From assembly GCF_010672065.1 (NCBI RefSeq), contig NZ_JAAHHX010000045.1, forward strand, positions 1 to 53,264: a DNA stretch of 53,264 bases. The letters are read 5' to 3'. Below the pieces are notes generated by a model, which made no database searches, was not told where the DNA came from, and worked only from the letters and a program-made list of their open reading frames with translations. Origin of the DNA: Moorena sp. SIO4A1 (GTDB lineage Bacteria > Cyanobacteriota > Cyanobacteriia > Cyanobacteriales > Coleofasciculaceae). Of the stretch, positions 1 to 9,187 are shown piece by piece (the first letter of the stretch is position 1; each line of letters opens with the position of its first letter). A program made the position numbers and the translations under genes.

Positions 1-107
1 CTCTTCTAGGGGTCGGGTTTGCACCGCCATCCGGATGAATAGTTGTAATCTTTCGGGGTTGTCCCCGCGAATTACCTAAGTCTTACCCCTCCTGGTAAAG
101 GAGGCTC

Positions 108-1328
108 TTACTTAGAACAAGCCGCACGTCCTGATTTAGTTGAGATATTGAAATATCCTGATTTTCGAGTTGCAACTCGTCCCACGTAGGTACCGATTTT
201 CTTGCCTTGAGTTACCACAGCACGGACAATATCACCCGTCTGAAAGCCTTTATGAATTTTTGTCCTTGAACAGTGACGGACAGGAAAACCATACTTGTTT
301 GTTCGACAAAGCTGACGAGTTCCGTGACCTTTGGCAGCAATCATCAAAGGTTGGTAGTTTTCGATCATCAATGTTTCAACCTTTCCGACATTCGCTGCGT
401 CTAACCAATGAGTTTTTGGAAGGCTTTGACGGCATCGATTGAATTTAGTCAATCCGCCGCTACCAACCTCAACAGGTAACCCAATTGATTTCAGTTCGTG
501 GTACAACTTCCAACGAGTTGAATTAACAGAAGCCGCATCTGCTAAAGGACGTTTAGCTTGACTTAATACACCCTTGAGAATACTAGGTTTCTTAGACAGG
601 AAAAGCTCAATATCTTGATTATATTTAGCTTGATTGCATGGGCGACACGCAATAGCTAAATTAGAAACCCGATCGGATCCGCCTTTAGACTTGGGTTTGA
701 TATGCTCAATTTCTAACTGAATATCTGTTGCCCCACAATAAGCGCATTTACGATTCCATTTTTCAAGCAAATATTCCCGAAGTTCGTAACCGTAAAGTGT
801 ACCCTGCTGGTACTCGATCCCAGATATTTCAGGATTTTGCAGTTTTTGAGTGTCGAACCTGACCAACTCTTGAGAGATGCCCGTAACAGGACATAATCGA
901 GTCAGTTTTTTAACCCAAGTTAAAATGTTTTGAACTCTAGACGTCAGGCTAGGAGCTAGCCAACTTTTTGGTCTAGTTCTATTAAGAAATCTGGGCTGAC
1001 GATATCGAGTCTTACGGTGGCGTCGGGCACGCCTTAACTGCCTACGAGAGGTTAAAGCGTTTGTTACCTGGAAACCTCTATGAGTAAGCTCGGCTCCCCA
1101 AACCACTCGATTCCCTTGGACGATAGCTAAGCCACTTGTTTTTGCCCCAGGATCTATTTTGATTTGTGACCCGTGAGTTGTTGGTTCTTTTATTTCCTCC
1201 GTCAAGATTATAGTAAACGGATAACGACGATAGACCTTGGCTTTGCCTGCTGAGAGTAAAATTCTAGCTCTCACCGGTTTGCAAGGGTCTAAAGGTTGCC
1301 GATTTTTGTTAAGTACAAATACACGCAT
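108..1328 (-). CDS. iscB: IscB-type RNA-guided endonuclease (OMEGA system; RuvC-HNH nuclease, Cas9-ancestor family)
   Basis: 406 aa. N-terminal PLMP-like block VFVLNKNRQPLDPCKPVRARILL; RuvC-I IKIDPGAKTSGLAIV; Arg-rich bridge helix RRQLRRARRHRKTRYRQPRF; RuvC-II ISQELVRFD; HNH CAYCG..EHIKPKSKGG..NLAIACRPCNQAK; RuvC-III HWLDAANVG. All catalytic D/E/H/D residues present. SD AGGAG about 9 nt upstream of the ATG at 1328. No TnpA nearby. Confidence 0.85.
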   Translation of the reverse strand: MRVFVLNKNRQPLDPCKPVRARILLSAGKAKVYRRYPFTIILTEEIKEPTTHGSQIKIDPGAKTSGLAIVQGNRVVWGAELTHRGFQVTNALTSRRQLRRARRHRKTRYRQPRFLNRTRPKSWLAPSLTSRVQNILTWVKKLTRLCPVTGISQELVRFDTQKLQNPEISGIEYQQGTLYGYELREYLLEKWNRKCAYCGATDIQLEIEHIKPKSKGGSDRVSNLAIACRPCNQAKYNQDIELFLSKKPSILKGVLSQAKRPLADAASVNSTRWKLYHELKSIGLPVEVGSGGLTKFNRCRQSLPKTHWLDAANVGKVETLMIENYQPLMIAAKGHGTRQLCRTNKYGFPVRHCSRTKIHKGFQTGDIVRAVVTQGKKIGTYVGRVATRKSGYFNISTKSGRAACSK

Positions 1329-1615
1329 AACTGTGTTTTCTCCTATCGCTAGGGTAAAGTTAGCTTAGTCAAAGTTATTTCTCGGTACTTTCCCAATCGC
1401 ACTGGTTTAACTCAACTACACCTGTTTAACGACCGGGTTCTAGAGCTGGGGACTAGCTACGCATCCCCAGGTAGGAACTTGAACTCTTAGAAATAACGTA
1501 GTTCTATAAAAACTTAGACTGGTAAACTTTGAGCTTGAAAGCTCCCGCTATAGTCTGTTCGCGCAGCGTCGGCTACGCCGAAATACTTAGCGGTGAGTTG
1601 TTTACAGTTTCCCAA
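1329..1615 (-). ncRNA. candidate IscB omega-RNA (guide + scaffold) encoded directly upstream of iscB
   Basis: 287-nt ORF-free leader on the iscB strand between the stop of the 77-aa ORF (1616) and the iscB ATG. Several local perfect stems on this strand: CTGGGGA..TCCCCAG (1447-1470), GAGCTT..AAGCTC (1531-1546), CGGC-TAC-GCCG (1570-1580). The iscB RBS lies at its 3' end. Position is the canonical one for IscB omega-RNA. Boundaries are approximate. Confidence 0.4.
1557..1583 (+). repeat. REP-like dispersed element copy (GTTCGCGYAGCG + short GC hairpin + AAA/AAGG)
   Basis: GTTCGCGCAGCG-TCGGC-TAC-GCCGA-AA; sits at the 5' edge of the IscB leader. Confidence 0.6.
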
Positions 1616-1849
1616 TTATCTTTGGTGTTGTGCTACCAATTTTTTTAGGTAAGAGTAAGCTTCTTCTGGTGAAAGAGTGAAGATTTGACCTTTGCATAGG
1701 ATTTCGTACCTTCCTAAGTAATAACCATGTCCACCAATTAAACCCATCTTTGCGGCTTGATTGCCAAGCTTGGTTAATTCCTGTCGAATTGAATAGTCCA
1801 ATTCTTCTATTTGTTGATCAATAACTTGATTAATAGTTTGTTCCTTCAT
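1616..1849 (-). CDS. hypothetical small protein (77 aa), no recognisable motif
   Basis: Clean ORF with no overlap. Co-oriented with the upstream 204-aa ORF and immediately abuts the IscB leader. Confidence 0.4.
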   Translation of the reverse strand: MKEQTINQVIDQQIEELDYSIRQELTKLGNQAAKMGLIGGHGYYLGRYEILCKGQIFTLSPEEAYSYLKKLVAQHQR

Positions 1850-1920
1850 GTTTGACCGCTCCTCGTTTATTTATAATACTGCTTTATGCACCCCACAACC
1901 CATCGACCTGGGGATAGCGG

Positions 1921-2535
1921 TCAACAAATTGGGCGCTTGCCTGGATTAACTGCATGAATGTACTCACTTCCTGATGTCGGCCATCCCCGTTTATAGGATG
2001 CTTCCTCAGGTTTCCCCCAACCTAGCTGCAATATAATTTCCCAAAAGTTGTAATTCTTATATTCATAGAGATTTGCCCATTCCGTTTTCTGGGCGACCTC
2101 TTTTACATCATTGGGCATAATTTTTTGATAGTCTTTACCAAAATTAATACTTAGGTATAAGTCCATACCTTGGATGCCTCTATGCCAAAACTCGAACAGG
2201 TCAGCTTTGGCAGCTTTAAGGATTTTCAGGTCACTCTCTAGGGCGGCTAACTGCTCGTCAATAGCAGGATAACGTAGAGTCTTTCCTTTCATAGTCAGTT
2301 CGCGCCAAATAATGCCTGAAACTTGGTGTTGCCGTTGGTAGCTGTGAACTGCGGCTTTAAAGTCGTTATAAGCACTGAACTTTTGAATTCCCTCCGGTTT
2401 CAGAAAGCGATCAATCACAGGGTTACCAGACACCGAAGCTGACAGATTAAGACGTTGCCCATTCATGCACGAACGACGTTCTTGAGCCAAAATTTCGATT
2501 AGCTCCTGTGTGCTGTAAACCTTGGACATCAGCAC
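1921..2535 (-). CDS. hypothetical protein (204 aa), unrecognised family
   Basis: Long clean ORF. Forms a possible two-gene cassette with the 77-aa ORF. Confidence 0.5.
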   Translation of the reverse strand: MLMSKVYSTQELIEILAQERRSCMNGQRLNLSASVSGNPVIDRFLKPEGIQKFSAYNDFKAAVHSYQRQHQVSGIIWRELTMKGKTLRYPAIDEQLAALESDLKILKAAKADLFEFWHRGIQGMDLYLSINFGKDYQKIMPNDVKEVAQKTEWANLYEYKNYNFWEIILQLGWGKPEEASYKRGWPTSGSEYIHAVNPGKRPIC

Positions 2536-2690
2536 GGATGTTAACTGTACTTACAAATAGCTTAACCCGTAAACGTGACAAAAAAATAGGGTAAACGCCA
2601 ATGGCAGTTCACTCATGACTAAAACAATTGTCTTCATGTTACGTTGTGGGAGTTTGATTGGATGGATGTCTCAGCACTAAGCCAATTAAA

Positions 2691-3305
2691 TCACTCTGAT
2701 GTTAACTGAGCATTTATATCATTGACAGTGCGCAGCTTTAACTCTACAGATTCTGAACGGGGTAGTAAGTTAAACACTTCCCGAAACACATCATCTATCT
2801 GTTCATAAGCAACTTGTCCAATTTCATTGAGTACTACCTCTGCCTTTTGGTCAATCAGTACTGTCTGGGGAATTAAATCTTGGTAGTAGTATCCCGCTTC
2901 TGTGGGTGTATAGGTAGCATCGGCTAACAAAGTGTCGATGTTGACTGGAATAAAACTCGCTGCCCTACCATAAGGCTCCTGTAACTTAGAGATAGTCACA
3001 GAATATAGCTTGCAATCCCTACTGTCATCTACGTAGAACACCAACAAAGCTGGCTTTTTCCTGCGCAAAGAATCTTCTAAGGTAATTCGTGGTGGGACTA
3101 TAGAGCCATTCCCAGCATACAGAGCAAAAATATTACCATCAAAGCTGTCATCATCGAAACTTGCTAATGCTGATGGTGTTCCCAGTAGATACCAGCAGCT
3201 CAGTAAGCCGACCAGAATCAATAGGCATTTGGAAACAAATCTACACCTTACACAGCAACTATATTTAATAGTCCTGTATCCGAATCTTCCTAAACCGTCT
3301 ATCAT
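2691..3305 (-). CDS. thioredoxin-fold protein with N-terminal signal/anchor (possibly thylakoid PSI accumulation factor-like)
   Basis: 204 aa. N-terminal hydrophobic segment LLILVGLLSCWYLLG. Thioredoxin-like core pattern KPALLVFYVDDSRDC..; only a single Cys in the active-site region. Confidence 0.4.
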   Translation of the reverse strand: MIDGLGRFGYRTIKYSCCVRCRFVSKCLLILVGLLSCWYLLGTPSALASFDDDSFDGNIFALYAGNGSIVPPRITLEDSLRRKKPALLVFYVDDSRDCKLYSVTISKLQEPYGRAASFIPVNIDTLLADATYTPTEAGYYYQDLIPQTVLIDQKAEVVLNEIGQVAYEQIDDVFREVFNLLPRSESVELKLRTVNDINAQLTSE

Positions 3306-3771
3306 ACCGAATTATTAGCCCTTATCTCAAATCCGAGGTGAATCCAAGTCCAAGGGTTTCAAAAATCGCAACAATCACTATAGCAATTGTAATTCAGTTG
3401 TGAACCGTAGTGCAGGCATATTGGCTGCACTACCAGGATAACTAGACTTAGTTGTGAGTCAACCGGATGAATGAAATGGTGACTAGCCTGTTTTCTATCC
3501 CAGCAGAGAAATGCTACGGATGAGTGACATCATACACGCTATGAATGCGATCGCATATACTGCACCCACGCGATCGCATTCATCACTGTATCACTGTCAG
3601 ATCAGCAGGAGCGACCCAAGGGCAGTTTACCTGCCCATTCGAACGCGCGCCTGAGATTTCCGATCAGGGAAAATTATCAAAAATCCTCGGTTGCTGATGC
3701 CCAAGGCACAGTTGATCAGCAGAAGTGATGGGCAACACCACTCCAGCTAAAGGAATTGATATTCAACTGCC

Positions 3772-6700
3772 TCAACCCTTGCTACCACAAGACCTAGGAA
3801 TATACCAATTACTCTTAGGTGTAACAGTATTCGGTTCAGCCGTCAGGATAATTGTACCATCCTCCCCAACAGTCCAACCCTGAGCTTCCACTATTTTCTT
3901 CGGACGAGAAGGAGTAGGAGTCTCGGCAGTGCGGCGTTTCCCTCTCATGGGCAAGTAACTGACCTCAGGGGTAGGAGTAGAGGTAGCTTCTTCGATCTTC
4001 TCTTCTTCAGTATCAAGGGTGATCCAATCTACCAGTACAGACTGTTGATTGATTGGGTCTAGGGGACTCGGGGGTAAGCCACCTCGTCCAGTAACAATGA
4101 ATTCACCCAGTTCATCTACGGCTACTTTTCCGCTACTGGGACAGTTAGCAACAATTAATGCTGAAGGGTCAACTAGTGATGTTGGTAAGTTTTCAGGATC
4201 CTGTGCTGAGCCGGTAATATCCCTGGTCACAGTCCCAGATTGACCACCGCTAAAGCTCAGAGCTGCTATTTCACTATTATTATTCTCAAAAGCTAGGGAT
4301 TCGATTATATTTCCAGATGAGTCCCTAAATGCACGGTCATCTTCGAGTACCTTCATATTGAATAAGCCTTGCAGGGTGATGTTAATTTTTCCACCATCCC
4401 CTTGCTGAGCATTAGCAAATATATCGCTACCTTTCTCATCATTAGTTAGAGGTAGCGCTACTAATACTCCACCAGAAATATCGATATTTCCACCATTGGC
4501 ATTACCTATAGCGCTAGCCAAAATTAGGCTGTTGTTATCGAGTATGATCACTCCCGGTACATTGATTTCGATAGTTGCTGCTTCTTGGTTGTTGGTTTGT
4601 TTGCCAGTAGCAGCTACAAGTTGGCCGTTGTCTAGGGTTAGAGACTCAGCCTTAATGGTTAGTGTGCCAGCTACTCCTCCCTCGCTCTCATCCACATCGG
4701 TTTCTGGAAAACCATTCTGAGTTAATTCTACACCGCTTACTGCTATTCGTGCTCCATTCTCGACAGTTAGCTTATCTGTTTCTATAGTCACATTTCCTGC
4801 TATCCCTGTTTTAGTGGAAGCGGAAATTTCGCTATTGTTTACCGTCAAGATGTCTAAATCTAAGGTTATGTTCCCACCTTGACTTGTTTTGGCAGTGGAA
4901 ATAATTTCAGCACCATCGGTTAGTTGCACTTCATCGGCATCAATGTTGATATCACCACCGGTAAAGTCACTTTCGCTTTGGGCATTCAAAACTCCACCAT
5001 CTGATAGATTCAAGCTCTTTGTTGTTATGTCAATACCCCCTCCTTTACCCTCAGCTCCTTCTCTAGTTGCAGTGGATATGCTACTGGTTCTTTTAACCCC
5101 AGAAATTTCCACAAAATCGGTGGCATTGACTGTAATATTACCTGCTGGGAGTTTGCCATTAGTCGAAGCTTCTAATTTCCCTCCATCTTTGAGGGATAGA
5201 GAGCGAGCTGTAATGGTAATGTTACCAAGGCCTCCTGGGGAGTTTTGCGCGCTCTCTGGGTTTCCCGCGTTACGCCCTATGGCAGTTCGGATGTCGCTAT
5301 TGGTAACCTCAATCTTATCTTTAGCAGTTATCTCGATATTTCCAGGATTTCCCTGACTGTTGTTTGTAGTCTGAGCATCGATCGAGCTTCTATTGCTTAA
5401 GAATAGTGAGCCAGCTTTAATGGTTATCTCGCCACCATTGCCTGTAACTCCCCTTTGGGATCTTGTTTCAATTTGGGCTCGATCTGTCATGATAAATTCT
5501 CCATCAACTTTGATGTCGATCGTGCCCGCGTTTCCATTTCCTGATGTATTAGCAGTTATACCATCAGAACCACCCCTTGGATTTTTATCTGAGCCTAATC
5601 CAATCATCGTCAGTGACCCGACACGAATGTCTATGGAACCGCCGTCACCCCCAGCTTTTGAGTCAGTCCTAGCTGTAATTTGGACTAGACCTCTTTCCGA
5701 TTCAGGATTGCTGGGATCTTTGCGAGCATCAAGCAATAGGGAATCAGCTTCAATCTCAATGCTCCCGCTATTTCCTTCAGCTTTATCTTGAGCGATACTC
5801 TCAATTTTGCTATCGTATTTAACCTCAACTGCTCCACCAGCCAAGATCGTAACTTTTCCTCCGGTTCCCTTACCGCTATTTTGGCTCTTAATTCTGCTGT
5901 TATCAGCCAGGGTAACATTGCCATTGACCTTTAATGAGATATTGCCGACACTGCCCTTTGTTTTGGAATTACGTTGTTCTGTTTTAATGGTACCTTGCTT
6001 TTTCAGGAGTACATCGCCAGTCACATCGATGGTAATGCTGCCGCTATCACCATCTCCCCCTGTTATTGCGGAAATTCCTGGGTTTTGTCTCCTAGATTCG
6101 ATTACCAGGGAGCCAGCAGTAATTTGAATGCTTCCTCCTGGTCCACCTTTTAGTTCACCTTTTTTGTCATCAGTTGTTAAGGTAAAAATTCCATGCTGAT
6201 TTCCGCTATTAGAAGCAATAATCGAAACTGAGTCATCAGCGGTAATAATAATATCACCCCCTTTCTGACCATTTCCCTTAGTTGTGGTGAAGATTCCCTG
6301 CTCTCTTCGAGCCGTCTCTACTGTCAACGAGCCAGTATCGATAGTAATTTTTCCGCCTTCTCCACCTTCTTGATTGGTCATGGTAAAGATGCCATTATCT
6401 CCTCTTCTGCGAGAAGTAGAGCGAACCGATACTGAGTTATCAGCACTTATAATAATATCACCACTTTTATGACCATTATTCTCAGTTTTAGTAAAAATAC
6501 CCTGATCTCGATTAGAGGTTTCTACTTCCAAAGAATCAGCAATAATCCTAATCTCACCACCATCAACATTACTATCTTTTGCTACGAAAGTTTCTATAGC
6601 GCTATCGGTAATTACAACATTCCCTTTCTTGACGCCATCCGGAAAATCTAAACCTAGCTTGTTACCGTCTTTAGTTAATGCTACTTGTCCTGGTGCGCCC

Positions 6701-7395
6701 AATCCCGCTAACAGAATATTCCCACCTTGATTGGTGCTAATCTTACTATCTTTAACCTCAACATCACCACCAAGTAACAATAGGTTATCAACTGCCAGCT
6801 TCTCTAACTTGGCTTGACTGGTAATATTCCCCGGAATTTGATTAAAGAAAAACACATTAGGATTAACCGTCAGCAATGGCGAAGGAGGCTCTGGATTAGA
6901 AGCACTAAACACTCCTTGATTCCCAAACCCAATCCCATCAGCAGTGGTGCCCACAAATGAACCAGATACATCCAGCTTGGCTTTATCCCCAAATAAAATC
7001 CCATTGGGATTAATCAAAAACAAATTCGCTCCACCATCGACACCCAAGGTTCCTAAAATATTGGAGGGATTAGCACCAGTTACCCGAGACAGAATATTTT
7101 CAATCCCAGCTGGATTAGCAAAATAAACTCTTTGCCCGTTTTCAACATTAAATTCTAAAAAACTGTGGAACAAGTTGATATCCCGGATTGCTCCTCCTTT
7201 AATTAGATCAACAATTTTCCCGTTTACATCACCAGAGCCCAGGTCTAGCTGCGATCTTTCCCCTGTGGGCAAGGTAGTATCAGGAGTAATCTGAGCATGA
7301 GCTTGGTTAGCTGAAAATGCGTACGCTCCACTAATGGCTAAACATAGGGCTAACCCTAACTGAGTGTTATACCGTTTCAAGACATCTAATGCCAT
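3772..7395 (-). CDS. two-partner-secretion exoprotein, filamentous haemagglutinin N-terminal (TPS) domain plus long beta-helical repeat region
   Basis: 1207 aa. Signal peptide. TPS-domain hallmarks NPNGILFG and ANPAGIENILSRVTG near the N-terminus. Hundreds of residues of G/N/S/T/I-rich repeat strands. Confidence 0.8.
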   Translation of the reverse strand: MALDVLKRYNTQLGLALCLAISGAYAFSANQAHAQITPDTTLPTGERSQLDLGSGDVNGKIVDLIKGGAIRDINLFHSFLEFNVENGQRVYFANPAGIENILSRVTGANPSNILGTLGVDGGANLFLINPNGILFGDKAKLDVSGSFVGTTADGIGFGNQGVFSASNPEPPSPLLTVNPNVFFFNQIPGNITSQAKLEKLAVDNLLLLGGDVEVKDSKISTNQGGNILLAGLGAPGQVALTKDGNKLGLDFPDGVKKGNVVITDSAIETFVAKDSNVDGGEIRIIADSLEVETSNRDQGIFTKTENNGHKSGDIIISADNSVSVRSTSRRRGDNGIFTMTNQEGGEGGKITIDTGSLTVETARREQGIFTTTKGNGQKGGDIIITADDSVSIIASNSGNQHGIFTLTTDDKKGELKGGPGGSIQITAGSLVIESRRQNPGISAITGGDGDSGSITIDVTGDVLLKKQGTIKTEQRNSKTKGSVGNISLKVNGNVTLADNSRIKSQNSGKGTGGKVTILAGGAVEVKYDSKIESIAQDKAEGNSGSIEIEADSLLLDARKDPSNPESERGLVQITARTDSKAGGDGGSIDIRVGSLTMIGLGSDKNPRGGSDGITANTSGNGNAGTIDIKVDGEFIMTDRAQIETRSQRGVTGNGGEITIKAGSLFLSNRSSIDAQTTNNSQGNPGNIEITAKDKIEVTNSDIRTAIGRNAGNPESAQNSPGGLGNITITARSLSLKDGGKLEASTNGKLPAGNITVNATDFVEISGVKRTSSISTATREGAEGKGGGIDITTKSLNLSDGGVLNAQSESDFTGGDINIDADEVQLTDGAEIISTAKTSQGGNITLDLDILTVNNSEISASTKTGIAGNVTIETDKLTVENGARIAVSGVELTQNGFPETDVDESEGGVAGTLTIKAESLTLDNGQLVAATGKQTNNQEAATIEINVPGVIILDNNSLILASAIGNANGGNIDISGGVLVALPLTNDEKGSDIFANAQQGDGGKINITLQGLFNMKVLEDDRAFRDSSGNIIESLAFENNNSEIAALSFSGGQSGTVTRDITGSAQDPENLPTSLVDPSALIVANCPSSGKVAVDELGEFIVTGRGGLPPSPLDPINQQSVLVDWITLDTEEEKIEEATSTPTPEVSYLPMRGKRRTAETPTPSRPKKIVEAQGWTVGEDGTIILTAEPNTVTPKSNWYIPRSCGSKG

Positions 7396-7837
7396 GGCAA
7401 TGGTTTCTCCTGATCCTGGGTCGGGTGATTTTACTTAGGCACTTAAGGTTAATCAATTTCTTGCCATCGATTACGTTAGTATTAATTAACCTAGTTTTGA
7501 TTAACCTAGTAACAGCTAATCAGTTTGATTCATAATGGCTTGAGACTGTTATTCTTTTTGGAAAGAATAATTTTAGTTATTATACACCTATAGGTGGTAG
7601 CCATGGATGTAAAGTTTTGTTAATTCAGATTAACTAGGGCTACAGGGAATGCTGATCCAAAGCGGCTGATCAGGAGCATCCTATCATATCCAAAATTGCT
7701 GAAATTTCCAATAGTGGAGTAATTGGACTGAAGTTCTAAACTAGCGCTATAGTTAGGAGCCGCTTAATCTGAGCAATTTTAATTAGCGCTATAGTTGCTG
7801 AATCAGATACTTCAATGGAGCAGCTGTGGGATTGACC

Positions 7838-7874
7838 GTTCGCGCAGCTTCGGGCTTTGCCCAAAAGGTCTTGG
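7838..7874 (+). repeat. REP-like dispersed element copy
   Basis: GTTCGCGCAGCTTCGGGCTTTGCCCAAAAGGTCTTGG. Confidence 0.6.
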
Positions 7875-8287
7875 TCTGGCTAGTTAAGGGAGTCTTACTA
7901 TTATAGCGCTACGCGCAAGTCAGCAAGGTTCTTGCGTCAGAAGTCAAAAGTAAGCTATGACTAAGTTTGCTGAGTTTAGGAATGTCAAACACCTTAATGG
8001 GTAGTGCTATACTAACTATCACTAAATGGTAGGCCATGCTTGGCTTCGCTGCACTAAAGCGCTTCGGATTGGCTGAAAAATTGGTCTATCTAAAGCCATT
8101 TCAAGGATACTGCCGTGGGATCCCCTAGCCACTGACGAGATCGCGCTGCACTATGATCGTGTCAACAAGGCGTGAGGTTTTTCCCGAGACTTGAGAAATT
8201 TTGCATCTACTTGATAGACTGGGGCATCCCATGAGATAATAGTAAATTGTGTTTAATTGTAATATTTGAGTTCTTAGAAAAAAAACT

Positions 8288-8482
8288 ATGGCAAGTAAGA
8301 AAGGTGTCCGAATCGTTATTACTCTAGAATGTACGGAATGTCGCAGTAACTCCAATAAGCGTTCGGCTGGTGTTTCCCGCTATACCACTAGGAAGAATCG
8401 CCGTAACACAACATCACGTCTGGAACTGAAGAAATTTTGCCCCAATTGCAACAGGCACACAATTCACAAAGAAATCAAGTAG
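8288..8482 (+). CDS. rpmG: 50S ribosomal protein L33
   Basis: [21 protein letters not shown].. with CxxC..CxxC zinc ribbon. Confidence 0.95.
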   Translation: MASKKGVRIVITLECTECRSNSNKRSAGVSRYTTRKNRRNTTSRLELKKFCPNCNRHTIHKEIK

Positions 8483-8603
8483 ATTTGGTCCTTGGTCATT
8501 TGTGAATTGAATTTTTTAATTCAAAATGGACTATTGACAAAGAACAAATGACTATAATCATTAACCAGTAACCCAAATAACCAATAACCAATCATAACCA
8601 ATC

Positions 8604-8819
8604 ATGACTTACTTTCGTAAACGTCTCTCTCCGATCAAACCCGATGAACCGATTGACTATAAAGATGTTGAGTTGCTGCGCAAGTTTATCACTGAACGGG
8701 GAAAAATTTTACCCCGCCGCATTACTAATCTAACGACTCAACAACAACGAAAGCTAACCACAGCCATTAAGCGAGCAAGGTTCTTGGCTTTGCTACCCTA
8801 TATTAATAAAGAAGGTTAA
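8604..8819 (+). CDS. rpsR: 30S ribosomal protein S18
   Basis: 71 aa, ..[43 protein letters not shown]. Confidence 0.95.
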   Translation: MTYFRKRLSPIKPDEPIDYKDVELLRKFITERGKILPRRITNLTTQQQRKLTTAIKRARFLALLPYINKEG

Positions 8820-9025
8820 GGTGAACAATCACGGTCTTCCTCTGGGATATTTCCCGTGTGAAGAATGAAATATCAAATAATAAGGATGAAGGATGAAGTA
8901 TGAAGTATGAAATGGGGTGATCGATGGCTCAGGCGTGGGATGCAGTGGCCTCATGGGGAGGCCACTCGCGCTCTGCATGGCTGACATGGTTAACTAAAAA
9001 CTTGCGACTCAACCAGGAGTTACAC

Positions 9026-9097
9026 TGACCACTGAGCGCTGACCACTGAGCGCTGACAACTTCAGACTTCAGACTTCAGACTTCAGACTTTAGACTT
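9026..9097. repeat. Short tandem repeats: 2 x TGACCACTGAGCGC then 5 x heptamer CAGACTT (STRR-like)
   Basis: Direct reading. Confidence 0.9.
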
Positions 9098-9187
9098 GAC
9101 CCCCTCTGCTGAGTTGGGCATCTCAACAACACAGGATAGACTGGGGGGAGGTGGATTTGGTAAACGCTACCCGGGTTATCAGAACTG

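Noticed and set aside
170-442. 90-aa plus-strand ORF
   Set aside because: Antisense to iscB, no motif.
3772-7395. Many 60-155 aa ORFs on the plus strand (4049, 4496, 4889, 5393, 5807, 6469, 6944) and 5685-5924 minus
   Set aside because: All lie antisense or out of frame within the 1207-aa exoprotein gene. They are low-complexity P/S/L-rich artefacts of its repetitive G/N/T codons.
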